Below are positions 5,641 to 11,118 of a DNA stretch of 11,118 bases, piece by piece. This DNA comes from Candidatus Agathobaculum merdipullorum (GTDB lineage Bacteria; Bacillota; Clostridia; Oscillospirales; Butyricicoccaceae): assembly GCA_019115185.1 (NCBI GenBank), contig DXDZ01000064.1:1-11118 (forward strand). The letters run 5' to 3'. The translations under genes and the position numbers were made by a program. Every line of letters starts with the position of its first letter. Position 1 is the first letter of the stretch. Below the pieces are notes generated by a model that was not told the DNA's origin, did no database searches, and saw only the letters and a list, made by a program, of their open reading frames with translations.

Positions 5641-5892
5641 ATGATGATGAGATTGGATGTCGTTCGGACGGAAATGGGTATTACACAAGAAAATATGGCA
5701 AATCGGCTTAATATTGCCACTACAACATATTGCCAATATGAGAATGGAAAGCGAATGATTCCTCGAGATATTGCGGAAAAGGTTGCAAAGATTCTTTGTT
5801 GCCCCGTAGAAGAAATTTTTTTACCTGTAAAATTCACAATTTGCGAACATGAGGCGGACGAGCCGGAAAAGGAGGCGGGGCAAAGGAGGTGA
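5641..5892 (+). CDS. Cro-like XRE-family HTH protein
   Basis: 83 aa. HTH_XRE core (VRTEMGITQENMANRLNIATTTYCQYENGKRMIP). There are three tandem ATGs (5641/5644/5647) after AGGAGG (5633-5638), so the true start may be 5644 or 5647. First gene of the rightward operon. Confidence 0.85.
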   Translation: MMMRLDVVRTEMGITQENMANRLNIATTTYCQYENGKRMIPRDIAEKVAKILCCPVEEIFLPVKFTICEHEADEPEKEAGQRR

Positions 5893-5898
5893 GAGAGG

Positions 5899-6015
5899 AT
5901 GAAGAAAGAAAAACCCCACTTGCGGCTACAAGTGAGGTTAAACCAGACTTTCGCCGAATTTACGGAGTGCATGCCATGCATCGCTGCATGGCAGGGCGAG
6001 CGTTCACCTTCTTAA
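5899..6015 (+). CDS. Hypothetical mini-protein (38 aa)
   Basis: AGGAGGTGA (5884-5892) lies 6 nt before ATG 5899. Product: MKKEKPHLRLQVRLNQTFAEFTECMPCIAAWQGERSPS. Its 3' end overlaps the minus ORF 5960..6253. Confidence 0.35.
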   Translation: MKKEKPHLRLQVRLNQTFAEFTECMPCIAAWQGERSPS

Positions 6016-6253
6016 CAAAAGATTCAGATGTGCGATTATGTGTAATTGAATCTTCCGGTGCGGCCAGACCGAACGGGCTGAGTTTCTTCCACTGAGCCAG
6101 TGCGATCAGTCCGGAGGATGGCTTGACGAAACTAATTGCACCATCAGCGCTTGTAAATGCGCTGGTAACAGGGCTTGTCAGGCTACTCTTCACTACGGTC
6201 GAACGCAGCGAAGTGATAGCACCGGACATGATATCATTCTTCGTCGCGTTCAT
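5960..6253 (-). CDS. Hypothetical protein (97 aa), reverse-oriented in the early region
   Basis: Longest open frame in the 5.9-6.5 kb stretch. ATG 6253 follows a weak, close SD (GGAGAAAT). About 65% purine at first codon positions (hand count). S/T/A-rich with no family recognised. A competing plus-strand TTG ORF at 6123..6278 cannot be excluded. Confidence 0.4.
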   Translation of the reverse strand: MNATKNDIMSGAITSLRSTVVKSSLTSPVTSAFTSADGAISFVKPSSGLIALAQWKKLSPFGLAAPEDSITHNRTSESFVKKVNARPAMQRCMACTP

Positions 6254-6485
6254 ATTTCTCCAAATTTGTTACCCATAAGTGGGGCTGCGTCATTTCTGCG
6301 TAGCTCTCACGGTCGCCCGTGAGTTCAGACTGTGCCTTCAACCACGAGGGTTGCTCCGTGTCCAGTCGTTACACCTTCCGCATCAGCGGCTTGGCTCGGC
6401 GTTATCTGGTTGTGATGTCAGTATACAACACGAACAGGGAAAACACAAGCAACGTCCGGATATGGGAGAGAGGAGGTGAGAGGGG

Positions 6486-6626
6486 ATGGAAATCATCATT
6501 AAAGCAACGTCTGAGGAAGTCGCCGCCCTTGTAGTAGCGTTGCAAGGGCGGCAAGAAATCATCGCGGATCAGGTTGCGAAGAATATCACTGCTTGTCTTG
6601 ATCGAGCAATGCGTGATATTTCTTGA
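6486..6626 (+). CDS. Hypothetical mini-protein (46 aa)
   Basis: AGGAGGTGA (6471-6479) lies 6 nt before ATG 6486. Product: MEIIIKATSEEVAALVVALQGRQEIIADQVAKNITACLDRAMRDIS. It contains the 6522-6552 hairpin and overlaps 6586..6759 by 41 nt. Confidence 0.4.
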   Translation: MEIIIKATSEEVAALVVALQGRQEIIADQVAKNITACLDRAMRDIS

Positions 6627-6759
6627 GCATTTCCGCTGTGACTTTCGAGGAAAGCTCAGCTTGTTTTTGGATCATTCGGCCAATGCTATCATCCGGTAAG
6701 TTTGCGGTGCAGCTTTCCAGTGCGTCTTTGCGGAGTTGCTCAAAATCAATATTTTGCAT
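6586..6759 (-). CDS. Hypothetical helical mini-protein (57 aa) with its own leftward promoter
   Basis: AAAGGAGG (6775-6768) lies 8 nt before ATG 6759. Promoter: TTGCCC (6812-6807) 17 nt TGC-TAATAT (6792-6784). Product: MQNIDFEQLRKDALESCTANLPDDSIGRMIQKQAELSSKVTAEMLKKYHALLDQDKQ. Confidence 0.5.
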   Translation of the reverse strand: MQNIDFEQLRKDALESCTANLPDDSIGRMIQKQAELSSKVTAEMLKKYHALLDQDKQ

Positions 6760-6834
6760 CAGTTTTGCCTCCTTTCTCGTTCCATATTAGCACACAGAAC
6801 GGGAAGGGGCAAGAAGCGATAGGGAGGTGAGCGC

Positions 6835-7014
6835 ATGGACCAATCCTTGCAATTTCATGATGAAATCATCTTGAGGTTTAGGCAGGGTCGATTGCAGGAA
6901 GTCATTATCGACGGTATACGGCAAAATGATGTGAAAGCCTTTTCAATTGCGGCATCTCCGACGCAAGTCGCTTCCTATCTGATTGAGCATTCGACCGTAT
7001 ATTCAGATTCCTGA
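6835..7014 (+). CDS. Hypothetical mini-protein (59 aa)
   Basis: GGGAGGTGA (6822-6830) lies 4 nt before ATG 6835. Product: MDQSLQFHDEIILRFRQGRLQEVIIDGIRQNDVKAFSIAASPTQVASYLIEHSTVYSDS. It is just below the ORF-track length cutoff and is followed 28 nt later by a short HTH gene. Confidence 0.45.
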   Translation: MDQSLQFHDEIILRFRQGRLQEVIIDGIRQNDVKAFSIAASPTQVASYLIEHSTVYSDS

Positions 7015-7042
7015 GAACAAGAACCGGAAAGGGGTGAATAAC

Positions 7043-7249
7043 ATGAAAACCATCAAGCGATACCGCGAAGCGCGCGGCATTAAGCAGACCGAATTGGCCG
7101 CGCACTTCGGTATTGCGCAGTCAACCGTGGTCAAGTGGGAAAGTGATGGTAAGTACCCGCCCTGCCAGGTGATGCCCGAACTTGCGGCCTTCCTCGGCTG
7201 CACGACCGACGAACTGTACGCGCACAAACCAGAAAAGGAGGCAATTTAA
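7043..7249 (+). CDS. Short XRE-family HTH protein (68 aa)
   Basis: The true start is taken as ATG 7043 (SD GGAAAGGGGTGA), not the track start 6983. HTH core: IKRYREARGIKQTELAAHFGIAQSTVVKWESDGKYPP. Confidence 0.8.
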   Translation: MKTIKRYREARGIKQTELAAHFGIAQSTVVKWESDGKYPPCQVMPELAAFLGCTTDELYAHKPEKEAI

Positions 7250-7292
7250 CCTGCTATGCCCGCATTATACCACCATGAAAGGAGGGGACACC

Positions 7293-7745
7293 ATGAACCC
7301 AGAGTATCAAAATGCGTGGAAAACCGCCCGCGAAAGGGCAGATCTGACGCAGGAAGCGGCCGCCGAGCTGGTAGACGTGTCGGCAAAGTCGATTGGCTAC
7401 TATGAATCCGGCGCGCGGCACATGACGCCGCAGGTCGCCGCGCAGCTGGCCGACGCCTATCATGCGCCGTGGCTGCGCAACCTGTACTGCACGGAATGTC
7501 CAATCGGCTGTCACCGCAGCCTGCCCACCGAGCCGACTGATCTGCGGGAAGCTGCTATCGGTGCACAGTGTGATTTCCGAGCAGCGGAAATTGGGAAACG
7601 CTTGGATCGGATGATGGAGATTGTAAGAGACGGACGGGTTGACGAGATCGAAATGCCGGAATTTATGGCGATCTGCGACCGGTTCCGTGAGATGCAATAT
7701 ACGCTGGCTAAGTTTGAACTGCTCGTCGAGATGCTGTGTAAGTGA
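7293..7745 (+). CDS. XRE-family HTH protein with Cys-containing C-terminal domain (150 aa)
   Basis: The start is taken as ATG 7293 after GAAAGGAGGGGA (track start 7182 is unlikely). HTH core: ARERADLTQEAAAELVDVSAKSIGYYESGARHMTP. It is followed by YCTECPIGCH and a helical tail. Confidence 0.8.
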   Translation: MNPEYQNAWKTARERADLTQEAAAELVDVSAKSIGYYESGARHMTPQVAAQLADAYHAPWLRNLYCTECPIGCHRSLPTEPTDLREAAIGAQCDFRAAEIGKRLDRMMEIVRDGRVDEIEMPEFMAICDRFREMQYTLAKFELLVEMLCK

Positions 7746-7785
7746 CCAAGCCCTGATGAATACAATACCCAGAGGAGGTGCGCTT

Positions 7786-8016
7786 ATGGCAAACAAAACA
7801 CGCAGGCTGGTCATGGAGCAGGAATTCACGCTGAAAAGCGGCCGCAAAGCCGTTTGTCAGATCTACGATACCGAGGATACCGTGCCGAAGTCCAACGTCG
7901 AAGAGCACAAGAAGTGCGTCGACCACATGAAGGAGGTCGCCGCGAATATCTTCATGCGCGCGGAAATGGCAAAACAGCAAAAGGAAAGCGCCCAGAGCGG
8001 CGGCAACCGCGACTGA
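7786..8016 (+). CDS. Hypothetical protein (76 aa)
   Basis: AGAGGAGGTG (7771-7780) precedes ATG 7786, so the upstream part of track ORF 7639..8016 is discounted. No family recognised. Confidence 0.6.
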   Translation: MANKTRRLVMEQEFTLKSGRKAVCQIYDTEDTVPKSNVEEHKKCVDHMKEVAANIFMRAEMAKQQKESAQSGGNRD

Positions 8017-8098
8017 GCGCAAGCGAAATATTACTTATTTACAGGATACCGGAAAATCCCGGCGCTGTCAAGCGGCTGCGCCGGGGGAAAGGGAAAGT

Positions 8099-8299
8099 AT
8101 GAAACTCGTAGAGGTGAAATTTGAGATCCCGGAGGATCTGGAGCCGCGCATTGCGGCGTTAGCTGCGGAAATGGGGCTATCTTTTGATTGGGCCGCGCAG
8201 CTATTGCTGTGGGATGGATATGTCACACACTTGCGCAGCTCGATTGAGCGGGCGGAAAAAGAACTGCGAGAGCCGTTAGCGGAGGAGGTGGCGGTATGA
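8099..8299 (+). CDS. Hypothetical protein (66 aa)
   Basis: ATG 8099 follows GGGGGAAAGGGAAAG. The stop overlaps the next start (ATGA at 8296-8299), suggesting translational coupling. Confidence 0.55.
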   Translation: MKLVEVKFEIPEDLEPRIAALAAEMGLSFDWAAQLLLWDGYVTHLRSSIERAEKELREPLAEEVAV

Positions 8300-8403
8300 T
8301 CTACGCCATCCTCGCCATGCTCGGGGTGGGCTGCGCCTACCTCGCCCTTGGCATGCTGGTGGACAGGCTCACCCAGCCGATGGAAAGGCGGGGGCGCAGG
8401 TGA
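8296..8403 (+). CDS. Hypothetical single-TM mini-protein (35 aa)
   Basis: GGAGGAGGTG (8281-8290) precedes ATG 8296. Product: MIYAILAMLGVGCAYLALGMLVDRLTQPMERRGRR. Both ends are coupled: ATGA at its start, and GTGA joining it to the next gene at 8400-8403. Confidence 0.4.
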   Translation: MIYAILAMLGVGCAYLALGMLVDRLTQPMERRGRR

Positions 8404-8870
8404 GAACGTTTTCGCCGAAAACACTGGCTGAGATTCGCGACAGTTACCGTCGTGCTGCTGATCCAGATGAGCAGGTCTATGTATTGGCTGGGTTATATTT
8501 CTGTAACGTGGAGGATATACAGCGTGCGCTCGGATTGCCAGTAAGGAAACCATGGGAAAAGCATTCGTCAGTTCGCACTGTCCAGATTCCTACGCATCAT
8601 GCGTGGACAAAAACGCAGGACAAACGTCTCGCTATGCTCTATAAGCAAGGACTGAACATCGGAGAGATTGCCGACAAAATAGGGAACAGAAGGAAAGATG
8701 TGCAAGATCGGCTGTATGTGCTGCGTAAACTGGGCGTGATACAGGCGCGGCCCCGCTGTGACTGTGCCGCGCAGGGGATGGCTGTCGAGCTGGAAAACCT
8801 ATGCGACGCCTTGCGCGAACTGATAGCGGTGCTACGTGTACTGTCCGAGAAGGGAGGCGGCGATGCGTGA
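8400..8870 (+). CDS. Putative DNA-binding protein (GcrA/Myb-like HTH segment)
   Basis: 156 aa. The GTG start overlaps the preceding stop. The segment WTKTQDKRLAMLYKQGLNIGEIADKIGNRRKDVQDRLYVLRKLG resembles a GcrA-type or Myb-type HTH. Confidence 0.55.
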   Translation: MRTFSPKTLAEIRDSYRRAADPDEQVYVLAGLYFCNVEDIQRALGLPVRKPWEKHSSVRTVQIPTHHAWTKTQDKRLAMLYKQGLNIGEIADKIGNRRKDVQDRLYVLRKLGVIQARPRCDCAAQGMAVELENLCDALRELIAVLRVLSEKGGGDA

Positions 8871-9718
8871 ACTTTATCCTGAACACCGAACTGAGCCGCT
8901 GGCTAAGGGATGAGAAAATCGGCGGCGACCGTGAGGCGATCTTCCTGTATGCGCTCTGGACGTGGTGCGAGAAAAACGCAGCCAACGAGCATAACTACCA
9001 CGAGGGGCGGTACTGGTCGTACAACAGCCTGCGCGGCCTGACGCGCATTTTCCCGTGGACGAAGAGAGAACTTGAAAACACGGTCAACCGGCTGCGCGAC
9101 GCCGGTCTGATCCTGACCGCCAAACTCTCCAAAGACCCCAAGGACACGACGCTGTCTTACACGGTTATCGCGGAAAAAATAGGCGTTTCCCCGTTCAGGG
9201 AAACGGTGTCCCCCACGGGGGAAACGGTGTCCCCCACCGGGGACGCATCCCCGTCCCCCAGCGGTGAAACGGTGTCCCCGCACGGGGACAACCTGTCCCC
9301 CACGGGGGAAACATTAGATGAACAATATAAGACACATATAGTACTACAGGCAAATAAGAATAAACAAGACGCAAATAAGGACGGGCAGCAGGAAAATAAG
9401 CTGACGCCGCGGCAGGCCATGGAGCTGTACAACCAGATCTGCGTTGATCTGCCGCCTTGCATCCGACTGACCGACAAGCGGCAGCGCAGTGTGCGCGCGC
9501 TGTTCAAGAAGGGCATCACGCCTGAGCAGCTGGAAAGCTCATTCCGCATCGCGCAGTCGAGTGAGTTCTGCCGGGGCAAAAACAAGACAGGCTGGCGTGT
9601 TGACTTCGACTGGCTGCTGGACGAGAACAACATCGTCAAGGTGCTCGAGGGCAAGTATGGCGGCAGCGCCATGCCGCCGACCAAGCAGGAAGGGAGTGGC
9701 CGTAAATGGCTGAAATGA
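8867..9718 (+). CDS. Phage replication initiator / replisome organizer (contains ori iterons)
   Basis: The start is taken as GTG 8867 (GTGA overlap with the preceding stop), with GGGAGG 8852-8857 nine nt upstream. The C-terminal WRVDFDWLLDENNIVKVLEGKYG resembles the conserved C-terminal domain of Gram-positive phage replication proteins. There is an internal 7-aa/21-bp repeat block, and a DnaB helicase gene lies immediately downstream. Confidence 0.75.
   Translation: MNFILNTELSRWLRDEKIGGDREAIFLYALWTWCEKNAANEHNYHEGRYWSYNSLRGLTRIFPWTKRELENTVNRLRDAGLILTAKLSKDPKDTTLSYTVIAEKIGVSPFRETVSPTGETVSPTGDASPSPSGETVSPHGDNLSPTGETLDEQYKTHIVLQANKNKQDANKDGQQENKLTPRQAMELYNQICVDLPPCIRLTDKRQRSVRALFKKGITPEQLESSFRIAQSSEFCRGKNKTGWRVDFDWLLDENNIVKVLEGKYGGSAMPPTKQEGSGRKWLK
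9184..9310 (+). repeat. Iteron array (putative phage origin of replication) inside the replication gene
   Basis: GAAACGGTGTCCCC at 9200, 9221 and 9266. Degenerate copies at 9287 (GACAACCTGTCCCC) and 9239 (GGGGACGCATCCCC). Spacing is 21 bp or multiples. Inverted repeat CGTTTCCC/GGGAAACG at 9184-9191/9198-9205. An AT-rich tract follows at 9311-9400 with reiterated AAATAAG. Confidence 0.7.
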
Positions 9719-11007
9719 TGGAGCTGTACCAGCAGGCCGAAAACAGTGTGCTGGGCGTGCTGATTGCCGAGGCCGAGGTGAACGCCGCCGAGGTGTTCTC
9801 GCGGGTAAAGCCCGAGGACTTTGTCACCGGCATCTCACGGTCGATCTTTGAGACCTGCCGCGAGATGTACCGACAGGGCGATGCAATCGACCCGCTGACC
9901 GTCAAGGCAGCCTGCGGCAGCGAGTACATGGCGTGGCTCAAGGAGTTGGACCTGATCACGCCCAGCTCGCGCTACTGCTCGGCCTATGTGGACAAGCTGC
10001 TTGAGCTGTCCAAGCGCTACCGGCTGCAAAAGCTGTTCCGCGAAGCGCTCGACCAGAACCTTGCAGGCGTGCCGATGGAGGAGCTGATCGGCAAGGTTGA
10101 GTGCATGAACGAGGTGCTCGCGGCGGACAACGACCGGCGCAGCCGCACGATGAAAGACTTGATATTTGGCTTTTTCAGCCGCGTCGGACAAAAGCGTACA
10201 TTTCTCGATTGGGGCTTCGACGAGCTCAACCGCTATGTCAAGGTCAAGCGCAAGCACTATGTTGTCATCGGTGCGCGACCCTCGGCGGGCAAGACCGCCT
10301 TTGCGCTGCAAACCGCGATGTACATGGCGCAAAAGCACAACGTCACGTTTTTCTCGCTGGAAACCGATGAGGAGACCATCGAAGATCGCATCATGGCGGC
10401 TGCTGCCTGCATCGATATGGCGCATATCCAGTCCGGCGAGCTGAGCGAGGACGAGCTGCGGATGCTGGTCGAGAAAAAGAGCACGCTGCTCGACCGGAAT
10501 TTTCATTTTTACGAAGCGACCGGCATCACCGCCGAGGAAATCCGCGCGGTGACGAACCGGAACAAGTCGGACGTGATCGTGATCGACTATTTGCAGCTCA
10601 TCCGCGCCCGTGGGCGGCACAAGGACGAGTACGGCGAGATCACCGAGATCACGAAGGCCTTGCAGCGGCTGGCAAAAAGCGGAGTTTGCGTGATTGCACT
10701 CAGCCAGTTGTCCCGCGGCGGCGAGGGCATGAGCGCGCTGCGCGGTTCCGGTCAGATCGAACAGGACGCGGATGTGGTCATGATGCTGGACTACCCAGAC
10801 GAAGATGACATCAAAAGCGAGGAGGAGAAGGCGGACTTCAAAGCGGGTCGCCTGCGCGTGATCGACATCGTTAAGAACAAAAATGGACGGCGCGGTCCGC
10901 TGCAGTTCTGGTTCTTCGGTGCGCAGCAGCGGTTCCTCGCCCAGTGGAAGGGCTTTTATCAGACCCAGCTGCGGATGATGGAGGACGAAACCGACGCATC
11001 CGCGTAA
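9706..11007 (+). CDS. dnaB: Replicative DNA helicase, DnaB family
   Basis: 433 aa. DnaB N-terminal domain (AENSVLGVLI...), Walker A GARPSAGKT, VIVIDYLQL, ALSQLSR and RGSGQIEQDADVVMML motifs. The start overlaps the end of the upstream gene by 13 nt. Confidence 0.9.
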   Translation: MAEMMELYQQAENSVLGVLIAEAEVNAAEVFSRVKPEDFVTGISRSIFETCREMYRQGDAIDPLTVKAACGSEYMAWLKELDLITPSSRYCSAYVDKLLELSKRYRLQKLFREALDQNLAGVPMEELIGKVECMNEVLAADNDRRSRTMKDLIFGFFSRVGQKRTFLDWGFDELNRYVKVKRKHYVVIGARPSAGKTAFALQTAMYMAQKHNVTFFSLETDEETIEDRIMAAAACIDMAHIQSGELSEDELRMLVEKKSTLLDRNFHFYEATGITAEEIRAVTNRNKSDVIVIDYLQLIRARGRHKDEYGEITEITKALQRLAKSGVCVIALSQLSRGGEGMSALRGSGQIEQDADVVMMLDYPDEDDIKSEEEKADFKAGRLRVIDIVKNKNGRRGPLQFWFFGAQQRFLAQWKGFYQTQLRMMEDETDASA

Positions 11008-11025
11008 CAAAATGGAGGTACATAC

Positions 11026-11118
11026 ATGAGTAAGATGAAGAAAATCCGTCTCTGCCTTGAGGTGCAAGGCCTCGGGCAGGATGATTTGGGCACGCCGTGC
11101 CCTGCGGGCGTCTGCCTG
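11026..11118 (+). CDS. Hypothetical protein, 5' fragment (runs off window)
   Basis: GGAGG (11014-11018) lies 7 nt before ATG 11026. The frame is open to the window end (MSKMKKIRLCLEVQGLGQDDLGTPCPAGVCL...). Confidence 0.4.
   Translation, partial: MSKMKKIRLCLEVQGLGQDDLGTPCPAGVCL

Larger units (their letters stand above)
2031..11118. mobile_element. Integrated temperate phage, left end plus ~9 kb (right end outside window)
   Basis: Gene order: serine recombinase, Ltp, repressor / Cro switch, HTH regulators, replisome organizer with iterons, DnaB helicase. It starts at the point where a host gene is truncated. Confidence 0.85.

Noticed and set aside
5545-5981. Minus ORFs 5559..5981 (140 aa) and 5545..5736 (63 aa)
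   Set aside because: They are antisense to the Cro-like HTH gene and would run through the operator/promoter region. Low-complexity products, no SD.
6123-6278. Plus-strand TTG ORF of 51 aa (MTKLIAPSALVNALVTGLVRLLFTTVERSEVIAPDMISFFVAFIFLQICYP) behind GGAGGA, resembling a two-helix membrane peptide, holin or type I toxin
   Set aside because: Not rejected outright, but not called. It has a TTG start with a short spacer and lies entirely antisense to the longer 97-aa ATG ORF. I cannot decide between the two strands without comparative or expression data.
6383-6499. Minus-strand 38-aa Cys-rich ORF (..GRCLCFPCSCCILT..), superficially RiPP-like
   Set aside because: It has no SD or promoter. Its 5' part is simply the complement of the purine-rich SD region of the 6486 ORF.
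6279-6534. Plus ORFs 6279..6479 (66 aa) and 6319..6534 (71 aa)
   Set aside because: GTG starts without an SD and Arg-rich, implausible products. The second runs across the strong SD and start of the 6486 ORF in another frame.
6522-6552. 10-bp hairpin GCCGCCCTTG-N11-CAAGGGCGGC, considered as the terminator of the 57-aa minus gene
   Set aside because: It lies 34 nt past that gene's stop but lacks a U-tract. It also lies inside the 6486 plus ORF (coding EVAALVVALQGRQ). Its function is undetermined.
7003-8022. Minus ORFs 7003..7227, 7246..7503, 7254..7847, 7511..7765 and 7708..8022
   Set aside because: Shadow frames opposite well-supported plus-strand HTH and small-protein genes with strong SDs.
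8058-8085. 8-bp GC hairpin CCCGGCGC-N12-GCGCCGGG between 8016 and 8099, considered as a terminator
   Set aside because: No U-tract follows on either strand, and it sits within an apparently continuous operon. It may be a minor RNA structure, but it is not supportable as a terminator.
9184-9310. Short regularly spaced repeats, considered as a CRISPR array
   Set aside because: The 21-bp periodicity leaves no spacers, and the repeats are in frame within a coding gene next to an AT-rich tract. Iterons explain them.
8632-9684. Minus ORFs 8632..8985, 8903..9283 and 9157..9684
   Set aside because: They are antisense to the HTH and replication-initiator genes. The repeat-derived peptide (GDTVSPVGDTVS) is just the mirror of the iteron block.
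9835-11067. 410-aa minus-strand ORF covering the helicase gene
   Set aside because: It is antisense to a DnaB gene with clear Walker motifs. Its composition (R/L/A/H/Q-rich) is typical of a shadow frame in high-GC DNA, and it has no SD.

Overview
This window spans the junction between a high-GC Firmicutes/Clostridia-type chromosome and the left ~9 kb of an integrated temperate phage. Hand-counted 60-nt lines in the high-GC parts give about 67-73% GC. Host part (1-2030): the 3' end of feoB, a 56-aa FeoB-associated Cys-rich peptide missed by the ORF track, a terminator, and a LysM-LysM-GH18 gene (YaaH/SleL-like spore peptidoglycan hydrolase) cut off inside its conserved MTYE motif. Prophage part (2031-11118), leftward lysogeny module: a large serine recombinase with a Cheo/LexA-type box upstream, an Ltp-family superinfection-exclusion protein, a membrane-anchored HIRAN-domain protein, and an XRE/CI-like repressor. 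A compact switch region follows, with reiterated 12-mer operators and a consensus rightward promoter. Rightward early module: a Cro-like HTH, a 1.1-kb stretch of mini-ORFs on both strands, two more XRE HTH proteins, several small proteins, a replisome-organizer gene carrying 21-bp-phased iterons plus an AT-rich tract (ori), a DnaB-family helicase, and the start of one more gene. Most unusual observations: (i) the Ltp + TM-HIRAN cassette as a candidate outside/inside entry-exclusion module. (ii) Two short rightward transcription units with near-consensus promoters and intrinsic terminators embedded in the leftward lysogeny operon. One is an orphan ~70-nt sRNA; the other is a 49-aa ORF/antisense RNA whose terminator lies in the linker-coding part of the repressor gene. 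(iii) A reverse-oriented, promoter-bearing mini-gene and a 232-nt non-coding tract inside the early operon. All of these lie within a ~3.4-kb low-GC island. All family calls come from motif recognition by eye; no searches or folding programs were run.
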